Shown: positions 28,130 through 38,986, counted from the stretch's first letter. The stretch is DNA of 64,000 bases from an uncultured Candidatus Rokubacteria bacterium (GCA_963754315.1 CAVWFS010000018.1:1-64000), one strand, 5' to 3'. A program made the numbers and translations. The notes: generated from the sequence alone by a model not told the origin.

Positions 28130-30133
28130 CTACAAGAGCCCCATCCATCGCCACACCGGCACGCTCAGGGTGACGGCAACGAGCGTCCAGAAGCCATACG
28201 CGATCGCGGCCGGCGTGGCCTGACCGTGATTGAAGACCTCGCCCCCGGTGCCGGCGTACAGCGCAAGGTAGGTGGTGCTTTGATACGGCACCCAGAAGCC
28301 GTTGCAGGCGATCACGGCGATCACGCCCACGATAAACGGGTGTACGCCGGTGGCGCTGGCGATCGGTGTCATGGCGATGGTGATGAGCGGGGCCGCCGCT
28401 TGCCACCGGACGACGAAGCTGATGGCGAAGCAGAAGAGCGCCAAGAGGACGAGGAAGGCCGTCCGGCTCGCCTTGAGGTCGCCCATCGCGACGGTGACAT
28501 GCTCGGCGATCCAGCGATCAAGGCCGGTGCGCGCAAACACGGTGGCCAGGCTGATGAGGACGCCAAACAGCAGAGCAAAGTTCCAGTTGACGGCGCGCAG
28601 CGTCGTGGCCGTCACCACGCGGGTTGCCGCCAGCACGCCGGTGGCCAGGACCGCGACCCACGCCGGGTGGATGCCGTGAAGTGGCCCGGTGATGAAGCCT
28701 GCCAGCAGGCCGATGCCGACGCCGACGGCAATCTTTTCGTCGCGCGACATCGGGCCCAGCAGGGCACGTTGCAGCTCGAGCGACTGCTTTCGCTGGCTCG
28801 ATGCCTGCCGTTCTCCCGCCGCCGGCCGATAGATCCAGAATATGGATGCGACGAGACCGATGAACAGGACCGTGTTAAGCGGTGAGCCATACACGGCCCA
28901 GGTGATCCAGTTGACGTCGCCATGCGCCTGGGCGGGGAGCACCGCCGACACCAGGACGGCCGTGGTGGAACTGGTCAGAAACATGGCCGCCATCTGTCCG
29001 AAGCCGATCAGAGCCGCCATCGCCAGGCCCGCCGCCGGCTTCGATCGCAGACCGTAGCCCAAAGCCTCGACGAGTTCCCTCAGCATGGGCGCGATGATGA
29101 TCACCCGGCTGGTTGCGTTCGGCACCGCTGGTCCCATCAGCACTCCGGCACATGACAGCGCGATCACTTCGCCTGCGAACCCGCCTCGCATGTGTGTGAT
29201 CGTCTCCAGGGCCAGCCGGTAGAGGACGCCGGTCGCCGTGATGGCGGCACCGATGATGAGGACCGCGACGACGAGCACCCAGCTCGGACTGGCAAAGCCC
29301 GACAGCGCGACAGCAGGAGTGGTGATGCCGAACACCACCCAGGCGCCGGCAAGCACGAGCGCCAGCACGCCCTCGAGCAACGCGTCCAGCAGGAGCGCTG
29401 GCAATGCCGCGAGCAGCACGACCAGGGCGTGCCAGGCCACGGGTGAGAGCCCGACCGGTGGCGGCACCGCCCAGCCAGCCCCGAGCACCGCGACGGCGGC
29501 TGTCAATGCGATGCCGGAGCGGCCTGGGCGCCATCGCGGCCGGGTAGCGGCGGCGGCCGCTGCTGCCACAGCTCCCTCGACAGCCCGCGGTGGCGCCGCG
29601 GACAACGCGGCGTCCAGGCCGCCCGGCTGATCGAGCATGTCGGCCAGGCGACGGCTGAGCGTCGCCGCCACGGCCAGGGCGACCGTCGGCTGATCCCGGA
29701 CGAGGTCCAGGAACGAGCTGCGATCCAGGCGCAAGACATCGCAATCCGTTTCGGCTCTGATGGTGGCAGAGCGCGGAATGTTGCTGAGCAGCGCCATCTC
29801 GCCGAACGGCTCGCCGGCATGCAGCACGGTCAATCGCGTCTCGGCGGCGCCCCTCCTGTCGGTGACGTACACGCCAACGGTGCCGCTCGCGACGACATAG
29901 AAGGCGTCGCCCGCATCCCCTTGGCGGAAGACGATCGAGGACGACGGGTAGGCGAGCGGGCGCAGGTGTGCCGCAAGCTTGGCCAGCACGACCCGATCCA
30001 GTCCCCCAAAGAGGTCGATCCTGCGAAGCAGGCGCGCGTACTCGCGGTGGTCCCAAGTTCCCGATTGCTGCTGGGACCCCTGGGCGACGGCCTGTCGCTC
30101 GCTGCTCTCCGGCTCCGAATGATCCGCCGGCAT
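28130..30133 (-). CDS. Cyclic-nucleotide-binding domain fused to SLC13/DASS-family transporter
   Basis: VFRQGDAGDAFYVVASG, GEPFGEMALL, PRSATIRA; then about 12 TM segments with SGFAS, VPNATSR, MSRDEK, PYQS. Confidence 0.88.
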   Translation of the reverse strand: MPADHSEPESSERQAVAQGSQQQSGTWDHREYARLLRRIDLFGGLDRVVLAKLAAHLRPLAYPSSSIVFRQGDAGDAFYVVASGTVGVYVTDRRGAAETRLTVLHAGEPFGEMALLSNIPRSATIRAETDCDVLRLDRSSFLDLVRDQPTVALAVAATLSRRLADMLDQPGGLDAALSAAPPRAVEGAVAAAAAAATRPRWRPGRSGIALTAAVAVLGAGWAVPPPVGLSPVAWHALVVLLAALPALLLDALLEGVLALVLAGAWVVFGITTPAVALSGFASPSWVLVVAVLIIGAAITATGVLYRLALETITHMRGGFAGEVIALSCAGVLMGPAVPNATSRVIIIAPMLRELVEALGYGLRSKPAAGLAMAALIGFGQMAAMFLTSSTTAVLVSAVLPAQAHGDVNWITWAVYGSPLNTVLFIGLVASIFWIYRPAAGERQASSQRKQSLELQRALLGPMSRDEKIAVGVGIGLLAGFITGPLHGIHPAWVAVLATGVLAATRVVTATTLRAVNWNFALLFGVLISLATVFARTGLDRWIAEHVTVAMGDLKASRTAFLVLLALFCFAISFVVRWQAAAPLITIAMTPIASATGVHPFIVGVIAVIACNGFWVPYQSTTYLALYAGTGGEVFNHGQATPAAIAYGFWTLVAVTLSVPVWRWMGLL

Positions 30134-30158
30134 GGCCTTTCCCCTCTGCGCTACCCGG

Positions 30159-30198
30159 GCGCTGCATCGAAGACATCAGCGCTGCATCGAAGACATCA
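30159..30198. repeat. Exact 20-bp tandem duplication in a divergent promoter region
   Basis: gcgctgcatcgaagacatca x2. Confidence 0.85.
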
Positions 30199-30362
30199 GA
30201 CAGAAACAGCGCGATCTGATCGGCCTTGTGGGCCCTGAGACTAGACGATGGATCTTCGTCGTGCAAGGTCACTCCAGCATCCGTCCGGGGGGCGGAGAGC
30301 AGTCGGCCACGGCGCTGGAGTATGGGCCGTCCATCGGGGACACTAGTCCCGGGCTCCCGGCG

Positions 30363-31016
30363 ATGGATCTCCTGCAGCCGCACATCGACTTCCTGGCGGA
30401 CCACCTGTACAGCATTGTCTTCGGGGCCTTCGTGATCGAGGGAGCGGGTATCCCGTTCCCCAGCCGGATCATCCTCCTGGTCGCGGCCACCCTGACTGAG
30501 ACACCCCGCGAATTGACGATGTTGGTGCTGGTCAGTACGCTCGGCGCCGTGATCGGTGATCACGCGCCATATCTGGCCGGCAAGGTCGCAGGTCCCCGGC
30601 TGCTCACGTTGTACTGCCGCATCACGCTGGGTTCCGAGCAGTGTGTCGAGAAGACCGTGGCGTACTTCGTTCGCCATGGTGCGGCGGCGATTCTTCTGAG
30701 CCGGTTCTCCGCGAGCGTCCGGATATTCGCGGCTGCGCTGGCCGGTTGTGGTCATCTCTCATACGGGCGGTTCCTAGCCTACGACGTCGCAGGCAGCATG
30801 CTGTATGCGACGGCCCTGGTTGGTATGGGGTACCTTATTGGCGATCACGCGGCCGAGGTCGTGAAGCGCTTCGGAGGTCCCCGCGTGTTCCTGCTCATCG
30901 GTCCCGTTGCCATGATCTCTCTCTTCGCCTACCGGCTGTGGCGACGATCTCGCTACGGCCGGGCCCGGGCGGACGCGTTGAGGGCGTGGCCGTGCGACAC
31001 CAATGCTTCGTCGTGA
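30363..31016 (+). CDS. DedA family membrane protein
   Basis: IEGAGIPFP, GAVIGDH, AILLSRF, FLAYD. Confidence 0.88.
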   Translation: MDLLQPHIDFLADHLYSIVFGAFVIEGAGIPFPSRIILLVAATLTETPRELTMLVLVSTLGAVIGDHAPYLAGKVAGPRLLTLYCRITLGSEQCVEKTVAYFVRHGAAAILLSRFSASVRIFAAALAGCGHLSYGRFLAYDVAGSMLYATALVGMGYLIGDHAAEVVKRFGGPRVFLLIGPVAMISLFAYRLWRRSRYGRARADALRAWPCDTNASS

Positions 31017-31043
31017 GCGCTTGAATCAAGGAGAGATGTCAGG

Positions 31044-32138
31044 GTGCGTACGTGCCTGGCAGCAGCCGGACTGATTCTGACTCTCGCTGCGGTCTACCTG
31101 CTCGTCTGGCCGGTGCCGGTCAAGCCGGTCGCATGGCAGGCACCGGTCGCTCCCGATTACGTAGGCCCGTTCGCTCGGAACGATCGCCTGAAGAGCCTCG
31201 AGACGCTTCCAATCGGCGACAACCATGGTCCCGAAACCGTCGCGCTGGACGCGGAAGGGCGGATCTATACGACCACCGACGAGGGGCGCATCGTCCGGCT
31301 GCGGGCCGACGGCTCCAACCCAGAGAACTGGGTTACGACCGGCGGCCGCCCGCTCGGCATTCGCTTCGACCCGGGGAATAATCTGCTCGTAGCCGATGCC
31401 TTCCGAGGACTCCTTCGGATCGCGCCTGACGGGACCATCACCGTACTGGCCACGGAGGCCGACGGCAAGCCAATCCTCTACGCCAACAGTGTCGACGTCG
31501 CAGCAGACGGCAAGGTCTATTTCTCGGACGCATCCACAAAGTTCGGCGCGAGCCAGTCGGGCGGTACGTACCCAGCGAGCCTGCTGGATATCCTCGAGCA
31601 CGGCGGACACGGTAGGCTGCTCGTCTACGACCCCGAGCAGAGGAAGGCGACGAGCATCGTGGCCGGGCTCAACTTCGCGAACGGCGTGGCCGTCGCCCAC
31701 GACCAGAGCTACGTGCTCGTCAACGAGACGGGTACGTATCGCGTGCTGCGCCACTGGATCGCTGGGCCTCGGCGAGGCCGCACTGAACCCCTGATCGAGA
31801 ATCTTCCGGGCTTCCCCGATAACCTGAGTACTGGGCTTGACGGGCGCTTCTGGCTCGCACTCATCTCGCCCCGGAACAGACTGGTGGACCAGCTCTCTGG
31901 CGCACCATTCGTGCGCACGATGATCCAGCGTCTGCCGACGTTCGTGCGCCCGAAGGCTGTCGCGTACGGCCATGTGATCGCCATCGATGGGATGGGGCGC
32001 GTGCTCGCGAGCCTGCAGGATCCTGACGGGACCTACCGTCTGACGACCGGCGCCACCGAGACGAGGGACTATATCTACGTCGGTAGCTTGGTAATGCCTT
32101 TGCTCGGCCGGCTGCCGAAGGCCAAGGCCGGGCTCTGA
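31044..32138 (+). CDS. Strictosidine synthase / SMP-30-like beta-propeller protein
   Basis: HGPE, GGRPLG, YFSDAS, GRLLVYDP, FANGVA, NLPGFPDN. Confidence 0.9.
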   Translation: MRTCLAAAGLILTLAAVYLLVWPVPVKPVAWQAPVAPDYVGPFARNDRLKSLETLPIGDNHGPETVALDAEGRIYTTTDEGRIVRLRADGSNPENWVTTGGRPLGIRFDPGNNLLVADAFRGLLRIAPDGTITVLATEADGKPILYANSVDVAADGKVYFSDASTKFGASQSGGTYPASLLDILEHGGHGRLLVYDPEQRKATSIVAGLNFANGVAVAHDQSYVLVNETGTYRVLRHWIAGPRRGRTEPLIENLPGFPDNLSTGLDGRFWLALISPRNRLVDQLSGAPFVRTMIQRLPTFVRPKAVAYGHVIAIDGMGRVLASLQDPDGTYRLTTGATETRDYIYVGSLVMPLLGRLPKAKAGL

Positions 32139-32181
32139 GCAGCGACTCCTTTGGCTGTGGCAGGATGGCGCAACGAACCCA

Positions 32182-33369
32182 ATGAGTGGTGAGCTCCTCG
32201 TCAAGAATGTGCGGCCGATGGCCGGGGCTGTCGTCGACGTCCTGACCACCGATGGGACGATCACGCGCGTGGCCGCTGGGACCGAGCCGGCTCCCGGAAC
32301 GACCGTGATCGACGGACTGGGCGGCATCCTCCTGCCCGCGTTCGTCGACGCGCACATGCACCTCGACAAGACCTTCTGGGGCTTGCCCTGGCGGCCACAC
32401 CAGGCCGGGCCGTCGGTGCTCGACCGGATCGAGAACGAGCGGCGCCTTCGGCGAGAGCTCGACCTGGCCCCGGATGTCCAGGCCGACCGCCTGGCCCGCC
32501 AGGCGATCAGCCGGGGGACGGTTCACATCCGGAGCCACGTCGACATCGACACCGAGATCGGCATGCGGAACTTCGACGGAATCATGGCCGCCCGAAGCCA
32601 GCTGAAGGGCGTCGTCTCGATCCAGGTCGTGGCATTTCCCCAGAGCGGCGTCGTCACCCGTCCCGGGACCGCTGAGCTCCTGGAGCGCGCTGTGAGGGAA
32701 GGCGCCGAGTTGATCGGCGGCGTCGATCCCGCGGGCATCGATCGCGACCCGACCGGTCAGCTCGACGTCATTTTCGGAATTGCCGGGCGCCATGGCGCTG
32801 GTGTGGACATCCATCTCCACGACGGGGGCGAGGTCGGGGCGGCGCAGATCCGAATGATCGCCGCGCGCACGCGGGCACTGGGACTCGCGGGCAAGGTCTC
32901 CATCAGTCACGCCTTTTGTCTCGGCACGGTGCCCGACGTCGAGCTGGGGCGGTTGGTGGAGCTGCTCGTGGACAACCGAATCTCGATCATGACCAATGCG
33001 CCGGGCGACCGGCCGATGCCGCTCCGGCGCCTCTGTGAGGCCGGTGTCGCCGTCTTCTCGGGCTCAGACGGAGTGCGGGATGCGTGGACGCCCTTCGGCA
33101 CTGCCGACATGCTCGAGCGCGCCATGCTCCTCGCCTACCGGAACGGGTTCCGGACCGACGAGTTGCTGCACTCGACCCTCGACATTGTCACGCGCGGCGG
33201 CGCCACCGTGCTCGGACTCCAGGGCTACGGCCTCGAGGTCGGATGCCGCGCCAACTTTGTCGTCATTCCCGGCGAAACGCTGGCCGAGATCGTGGTAGCG
33301 CGGCCCACCCGGGCGTGGGTGGTGAGCGCGGGACGCGTTATCGCCCGGGACGGCCACTGCACGCTCTGA
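32182..33369 (+). CDS. Amidohydrolase, cytosine-deaminase-like
   Basis: VDAHMHLDK, RSHVD, QVVAFPQ, DIHLHD, SHAFCL, GSDGVRDAWTPFG. Confidence 0.9.
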   Translation: MSGELLVKNVRPMAGAVVDVLTTDGTITRVAAGTEPAPGTTVIDGLGGILLPAFVDAHMHLDKTFWGLPWRPHQAGPSVLDRIENERRLRRELDLAPDVQADRLARQAISRGTVHIRSHVDIDTEIGMRNFDGIMAARSQLKGVVSIQVVAFPQSGVVTRPGTAELLERAVREGAELIGGVDPAGIDRDPTGQLDVIFGIAGRHGAGVDIHLHDGGEVGAAQIRMIAARTRALGLAGKVSISHAFCLGTVPDVELGRLVELLVDNRISIMTNAPGDRPMPLRRLCEAGVAVFSGSDGVRDAWTPFGTADMLERAMLLAYRNGFRTDELLHSTLDIVTRGGATVLGLQGYGLEVGCRANFVVIPGETLAEIVVARPTRAWVVSAGRVIARDGHCTL

Positions 33370-33448
33370 GCGGCTCGCACCCGGCAGAGATCCTGGCGCC
33401 GTCGACGAGAAGAGCCGGACCGTCACGGCCGACAGATCGGCTCAGCCC

Positions 33449-34063
33449 TCAATGGCTCGCCAGCTTGGTGGCAATGGTGGCTACGTGTCGGCCTTGAAAT
33501 CGGGCCGCCTGCAATTCGTTCTCGCTCGGCATCCTTTCACCTTTCCCGCCGGTAATCGTGGAGGCCCCATAGGGCGAGCCGCCCGTGATCTCGTCGATCC
33601 TCATCTGGCCGGCAAAGGTATAGGGCAGCCCGACAATGACCATTCCTTGATGCAGTAAGGTTGTATGGAAGCTCAGGATGGTCGATTCCTGGCCGCCGTG
33701 CTGCGTTGCGCTGGCGGTGAAAACGCTTCCCACCTTTCCTACGAGAGCACCCCTCAACCAGAGCTGGCCGGTGGTATCCAGAAACTGACGCATCTGGCCG
33801 CACATGTTGCCGAAGCGTGTCGGGGTTCCGAAGACGAGCGCGTCAGCGTTGATAAGATCGTCAAGGGTCGCGATCGGAATGTCAGCCTGCTGCTTCCTGG
33901 CCTCGACGGCTCCCATCTTGACCAGGACTTCGTCAGGCAACGTTTCCGGCACTTGCCGTAGCTCAGCCTCGACACCGGCGACCGACCGAGCTCCTTCCGC
34001 CACCGCCTGTGCCATCCGATAGATGTGTCCGTACAGGGAGTAGTAGACCACCAGAACTTTCAT
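33449..34063 (-). CDS. wrbA: NAD(P)H:quinone oxidoreductase WrbA
   Basis: [35 protein letters not shown]. Confidence 0.95.
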   Translation of the reverse strand: MKVLVVYYSLYGHIYRMAQAVAEGARSVAGVEAELRQVPETLPDEVLVKMGAVEARKQQADIPIATLDDLINADALVFGTPTRFGNMCGQMRQFLDTTGQLWLRGALVGKVGSVFTASATQHGGQESTILSFHTTLLHQGMVIVGLPYTFAGQMRIDEITGGSPYGASTITGGKGERMPSENELQAARFQGRHVATIATKLASH

Positions 34064-34337
34064 CGCACCCTCTCCGAGCTTGTTCCTCCCGACTTTACGC
34101 ACCAACCCCGACCCCTTCAATGGGTGCGCTCCAGCGGGCGGAACTCTGGCGGGGACAACCCCCGGTGCAACCGGGGGGCGAGGCACACAACGCGCTTGAC
34201 AGACCTGGAGGGGCAGTGCTCTATTCGGCCATCTCTCGTGGAAGTTCGGCCTGGCGCCTGAGAGGCCGCAGGCCCTTCGTTCGCTCGGACCCGCAACGGC
34301 GCGGAGCGCCACCTGCGTGGCGCGAAAGGAGCGATGC

Positions 34338-35654
34338 ATGGCAACGCGCGAGAGCGCTGCAGGTCTCAACCGGCGAGCATTCCTCGGAGTGGCCGGTGCG
34401 GCAACCGGCGTCGCCGTGGCGGGGGGGATCCCGGCGATGGTGGCCGCCCAGAAGGCCCCCACCTTCCCGAAGGGCACCAAGCTCAACATCCTGGAATGGG
34501 TGAGCTTTGTCCCGGCCTCGGACGTCGAGTTCAAGCGGCTGGCGGCGGAATTTGGGAAGGTGGCCGGGGTCGATGTCACCGTCGATCTCATCAACATGAA
34601 CGACCTCAACCCCAGAATCGCCTCGGCCATCGAGACCAAGGCCGGTCCCGACATCATCATGATGATCTCCAACTGGCCCCACCTCTACGCCGACGGTCTG
34701 GCCGACGTGGACGACCTGGCCGAGGAGATCGCCAGCCGGGACGGCGCCTTCTACGAGCACAACAAGAAGGTCAGCGTCGTCGGCAACCGCTGGAAGGCAG
34801 TCCCGCTCTGCTCCGTGCCCTCCACCTGGGCGTACCGCGAGGACTGGTTCAAGGAGGCCGGCGCCCAGAAGTTTCCCGAGACCTGGGACGAGTGGCGCAA
34901 GGTCGGAATCGCCCTCAAGAAGAAGAACCAGCCCATGGGCCAGGCCTTCGGCCACAGCCTGGGCGATCCGAACAACTGGGCCTACTCGGTGACCTGGGGC
35001 TTCGGAGGCTCCGAGATCGACCAGAGCGGGAAGGTCATCATCAACAGCAAGGAAACGCTCGAGGCCGTGAAGTTCACCGTGGCCGCCTGGAAGGACTGCC
35101 TCGACGAGGGAGGGCTGGCCTGGGACGACAGCAGTAACAACCGTGCATACCTGGCCGGGACGATCTCGGCGACGATCAACGGCGCGAGCATCTACTTCGT
35201 GGCCAAGCGGCAATTCCCCGATATCGCCAAGGTGACTGCCCACGCGCAAATGCCGAAGGGACCGGGCGGGCGCTTCTACAACATCGGCGGCCAAGGCCGC
35301 GCCATCATGAAGTACTCCAAGAACCAGCAAGTTGCCAAGGAGTTTATCCGTTGGTTCATGGATCGACCGCAGTACGACAAGTGGATGGCGGCCAACGACG
35401 GCTACACCGTCGGGCCGACGCCGTACTGGGAGAAGCACCCTCTGTGGGAGCGAGATCCCAAGCTCATTCCTTTCAGGGAGGCGTCCAAGTTCGGCCGCTG
35501 GCCTGGCTATCCCGGCCAACCCAGCCGCAAGGCGTCCGAAGCACTCGTGAAATACATCCTCGTGGACATGTACGCCCAGGCCATCAAGGGGATGAAGCCC
35601 GAGGACGCCGTCAAGTGGGCCGAGGTCGAACTGAAGAAGGCGTACACCGCCTAG
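34338..35654 (+). CDS. Carbohydrate ABC transporter substrate-binding protein with Tat signal
   Basis: LNRRAFLG twin-arginine; [23 protein letters not shown]. Confidence 0.9.
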   Translation: MATRESAAGLNRRAFLGVAGAATGVAVAGGIPAMVAAQKAPTFPKGTKLNILEWVSFVPASDVEFKRLAAEFGKVAGVDVTVDLINMNDLNPRIASAIETKAGPDIIMMISNWPHLYADGLADVDDLAEEIASRDGAFYEHNKKVSVVGNRWKAVPLCSVPSTWAYREDWFKEAGAQKFPETWDEWRKVGIALKKKNQPMGQAFGHSLGDPNNWAYSVTWGFGGSEIDQSGKVIINSKETLEAVKFTVAAWKDCLDEGGLAWDDSSNNRAYLAGTISATINGASIYFVAKRQFPDIAKVTAHAQMPKGPGGRFYNIGGQGRAIMKYSKNQQVAKEFIRWFMDRPQYDKWMAANDGYTVGPTPYWEKHPLWERDPKLIPFREASKFGRWPGYPGQPSRKASEALVKYILVDMYAQAIKGMKPEDAVKWAEVELKKAYTA

Positions 35655-35669
35655 GGTAGGGCCAGGCCA

Positions 35670-36653
35670 ATGGCCGATCAGCGCATCGAGTCCATCCTGG
35701 CGGAGAGAGCCAGTCCGGGCGCCGTCCTCCCCGCGCCAGTCGTGGTGGCGATGCCCGAGGCCCGCCGCACGACCCGGCTCGGGCAGCTGCTCGAGCGGGA
35801 GCACGTCCTGGCCGGCGCCCTCCTCGCGCCCACCCTCATCATCCTGGCCCTGTTCATTGCCTATCCGTTTCTTCTCGGCATCTGGCTGGCCGTCAGCGAC
35901 AAGGTGGTGGGACGACCGGGAAACTTCATCGGACTCGAGAACTTCAGGGTGAACCTGAACGACTCGATCTTCCTTCGCGCGTTCCAGAACACGTTCGTCT
36001 ACACCTTCATCGCCACCATCCTCAAGCTCATCCTGGGGATGCTGGCGGCTCTGCTCCTGAACAACCACTTCCGGTTCAAGCGAATCGTCCGAGCGTCGAT
36101 GCTCCTTCCTTGGATCGTCCCCACCGTGCTCAGCACCCTGGCCTGGCAGTGGATGTTCGACGCGACCTTCAGCGTTTTTAACTGGTCGCTGATGAACGTC
36201 GGATTGATCTCCAAGCGCATCCTGTGGCTCGGCGACGGGGTCTTGGCCATGGGGTGTCTGATCGCCGTGAACGTCTGGCGCGGCATGCCGTTCTTCGCCA
36301 TCACCCTCCTGGCCGGCCTGCAGACCGTCAACCCCGACCTGCACGAGGCGGCGGAGATCGACGGGGCCAACGCCTGGCAGCGCTTCTGGCGCGTCACCCT
36401 CCCCCTGATCAAGCCCATCATGCTGGTGGTCGTGCTGTTCTCGATGATCGCCACCTTTGCCGACTTCCAGCTCATCTACGTCCTGACCCGCGGCGGGCCG
36501 TACAGCAGCACCCATGTGTTCGGTACCTACGCCTACGAGATCGCCATGCGGGCGGCCAAGCTCGGGCAGGGCGCCTCGATCTCGCTCTTCCTCTTCCCGT
36601 TCCTCCTCACCGTCATCGTGTTCCAGCTCTGGTACATCCGGCGGAACGACTGA
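35670..36653 (+). CDS. Carbohydrate ABC transporter permease (MalF-like)
   Basis: FIGLENF, LPWIVP, EAAEIDGA...FWRVTLP. Confidence 0.92.
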   Translation: MADQRIESILAERASPGAVLPAPVVVAMPEARRTTRLGQLLEREHVLAGALLAPTLIILALFIAYPFLLGIWLAVSDKVVGRPGNFIGLENFRVNLNDSIFLRAFQNTFVYTFIATILKLILGMLAALLLNNHFRFKRIVRASMLLPWIVPTVLSTLAWQWMFDATFSVFNWSLMNVGLISKRILWLGDGVLAMGCLIAVNVWRGMPFFAITLLAGLQTVNPDLHEAAEIDGANAWQRFWRVTLPLIKPIMLVVVLFSMIATFADFQLIYVLTRGGPYSSTHVFGTYAYEIAMRAAKLGQGASISLFLFPFLLTVIVFQLWYIRRND

Positions 36654-36657
36654 CCCC

Positions 36658-37503
36658 ATGGCCGTCCGGTACGGCAGCCCACTCAAGCGCGCGCTTACCT
36701 TCCAGATCCCCCTGGCCTTGCTGGTGGGGGCGACCTTGTTCCCGTTCTACTGGATGGTGATTACCTCCATCCGGCCCGACACCGAGCTGTACAACGTCCG
36801 GGCCAATCCCTTCTTCACCCTGCATCCGACCGTGAAGCACTTTCAGGACCTGTTCGCGCTGACCATGTTCGCCCGCTGGGCGTGGAACACCCTTTTCATC
36901 GCCACGGTGTCAACGGGGATTTCGCTCTTCTGTGGCCTGCTTGCCGGCTACGCCCTGGCCCGCCTGCAGTTCCGCTGGGCTGCCCCCCTGGGGACGCTGA
37001 TCTTCATCACCTACCTGGTCCCGCCGACCCTGCTCTTCATCCCCCTTGGCGATGTCGTCAAAACCTTCGGGCTCGGCGACACACCCTGGGCCGTGATCCT
37101 CACCTATCCGACGTTTCTGATCCCGTTCTGCACCTGGCTGCTGATGGGCTACTTCAAGACCATTCCGCGGGAGATCGAGGAGTGTGCCCGGATCGACGGG
37201 GCCAGCCGAGTCCAGGCGATGGTGCGCATCAGCTTCCCGCTCGCCGTCCCCGGCATCCTTTCCGCGGGCATCTTTGCCTTCACGCTCTCTTGGAACGAGT
37301 TTCTCTACGCCCTCGTCTTTCTGTCTTCGCCGCAGCAGAAGACGATTCCCATCGGAGTCTTCACCGAGCTCGTCCGGGGTGATGTCTTCTACTGGGGCCC
37401 GCTCATGGCGGGCGCCCTCCTTGGCTCGATTCCGGTCGCCCTCGTCTATTCCTTCTTCGTCGAGTACTACGTCACCGCTCTCACCGGCGCCGTCAAGGGG
37501 TGA
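36658..37503 (+). CDS. Carbohydrate ABC transporter permease (MalG-like)
   Basis: PFYWM, AGYALAR, IEECARIDGAS, SWNEFLYA, GAVKG. Confidence 0.92.
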   Translation: MAVRYGSPLKRALTFQIPLALLVGATLFPFYWMVITSIRPDTELYNVRANPFFTLHPTVKHFQDLFALTMFARWAWNTLFIATVSTGISLFCGLLAGYALARLQFRWAAPLGTLIFITYLVPPTLLFIPLGDVVKTFGLGDTPWAVILTYPTFLIPFCTWLLMGYFKTIPREIEECARIDGASRVQAMVRISFPLAVPGILSAGIFAFTLSWNEFLYALVFLSSPQQKTIPIGVFTELVRGDVFYWGPLMAGALLGSIPVALVYSFFVEYYVTALTGAVKG

Positions 37504-37686
37504 AGAGCTGGGCAGCGAGATCGTCCGTCGCTGAGGCCGCAGGGGGGCCTCGGGGAGCGGTTTCTGGACCCCCTGCCCATTGCGGTACTGCCTACGGCAA
37601 ACTAGGACCCTTCCGCCTCGGAATGAAACCAGAGAGTATCGGGCTGGAGCTATTTGACAATTGCGGAAGTGTTCATGATTCTTCAT

Positions 37687-37730
37687 TATCGAAGCGTTAC
37701 GGCGAGTCTCCGTCTGGCTCGCACGTTGCT
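37687..37730 (+). promoter_or_regulatory. Sigma54 -24/-12 promoter with IHF site
   Basis: TGGCTCgcacgTTGCT at 37715-37730 (GG-N10-GC); TATCGAAGCGTTA at 37687-37699 matches WATCAANNNNTTR with 1 mismatch. Confidence 0.75.
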
Positions 37731-37770
37731 CTACGGGGATCGCCAGGGACCAAAGGAGAGGAGGGCTACG

Positions 37771-37962
37771 ATGGCGAAGCCACAGGCGAGCAAGCGAACA
37801 TCAAAGAAGGCGGCGCAGGATCTGAAGGACCTCCCAACCGGTTCGCGAGGTAAAGCGACCGCTGTCAAGGGAGGGATAATTATCAACGGCAAACCTACCA
37901 GCGCTCCCGCACTCGGCGGTCCTGACACGCGTTCAATTTCTGGAGATATTTTGCGCCAGTAG
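37771..37962 (+). CDS. 63-aa basic peptide with VKGG leader-like motif (same family as 2015-2551)
   Basis: Strong RBS aggagaggaggg; MAKPQASKRTSKKAAQDLKDLPTGSRGKATAVKGG-IIINGKPTSAPALGGPDTRSISGDILRQ. Confidence 0.75.
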   Translation: MAKPQASKRTSKKAAQDLKDLPTGSRGKATAVKGGIIINGKPTSAPALGGPDTRSISGDILRQ

Positions 37963-37980
37963 CCGACAGGGACGCTGTAA

Positions 37981-38009
37981 CCGGGCGCGGCCTCGGAAGG
38001 CGCGCCCGG
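37981..38009 (+). terminator. GC-rich hairpin after the peptide gene
   Basis: ccgggcgcg / cgcgcccgg 9-bp stem; no U-tract. Confidence 0.45.
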
Positions 38010-38116
38010 CCAGCGCCGATGATCGGCAATCAGGAAGCCTTTTCGTTCTCGTGGGCCGACCCGCTCCTGGTACGCTTTCACGCAGCGACTTCGCCAATCG
38101 GGGATGCTCCATCGGT

Positions 38117-38420
38117 TCACTGCGGGCGCGGGGTCGGGGCTGGTCCCGAGCGCCTCAGGTGGATCTTGTAAGGGCAGCGGGCGGCACTGGTCAAAGCGGG
38201 AATGTCCAGGACGCCAGCCATTTCATCCCCATCGACCGTCACGGCGCCCGTAACCGTAGATGATCCAATGATGCTGAAGCCGAATGACTCGCCATTGAGG
38301 ACGCCCTGGACGGCCCCCTCGGGGCGGGGAGATTCCCTTGCGGGGCCACGAACGCGTCGCCCGTTACTCGCGGCCAAAGCCGGGCTCTGAGCAGCGATGA
38401 GAACCCTGGGTCCGCATCCG
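38117..38420 (-). pseudogene. Fragment of a small beta-rich exported protein
   Basis: RVTGDAFVAPQGNLP then, frame-shifted, RPEGAVQGVLNGESFGFSIIGSSTVTGAVTVDGDEMAG; no intact N-terminus. Confidence 0.35.
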
Positions 38421-38486
38421 CGCCCATGTCGAAAGGAAGTTTCTGATCGGAGACATAGTTCCGGAGGATGAAGTAGGCTTCCGTGC

Positions 38487-38960
38487 ATGCAGATCTGGGT
38501 CGACGCGGACGCCTGCCCCAAGGTCATCAAGGAGATCCTGTACCGCGCCGCGGAGCGTGTGCAGGTTCCCATGATCCTGGTTGCCAACAGGCTTCTCTGG
38601 ACTCCGCCGTCGCGCTTCATTCGGGCCCTGCGGGTACCGCGTGGCTTCGATGTTGCCGATCGGGAGATCATGGAAAAGGTGCAGGCGGGGGACCTGGTGG
38701 TGACGGCCGACATTCCCCTCGCGTCCGCCGTGATCGGGCGCGGCGCCCACGCGCTCGACCCGCGCGGCGCGCTCTATACACCGGATAATATCCAGGAGCG
38801 CCTGGCTGTGCGTAATCTCATGGACCAGCTGCGCGGGAGCGGCGTCGAGACTGGCGGCCCGGCGCCCTGGCACCAGGGCGACAGCCGCGCATTCGCCAAT
38901 CAGCTGGACCGCCTTCTTTCGGCGCGGCGGACAGCGGGCGACGGTACCTCACCGCGCTAG
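38487..38960 (+). CDS. YaiI/YqxD (DUF188) family protein
   Basis: [35 protein letters not shown]. Confidence 0.93.
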   Translation: MQIWVDADACPKVIKEILYRAAERVQVPMILVANRLLWTPPSRFIRALRVPRGFDVADREIMEKVQAGDLVVTADIPLASAVIGRGAHALDPRGALYTPDNIQERLAVRNLMDQLRGSGVETGGPAPWHQGDSRAFANQLDRLLSARRTAGDGTSPR

Positions 38961-38986
38961 GCCAACAACGAGTCGATGAGATGACG

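Noticed and set aside
30159..30198. CRISPR-like repeats
   Set aside because: Two abutting copies with no spacers and no cas genes.
37537..37580. gcaggggg...ccccctgc as a fifth copy of the dispersed repeat
   Set aside because: It has a G/C stem but lacks the GCTCG and CCTCGA motifs and the second hairpin.
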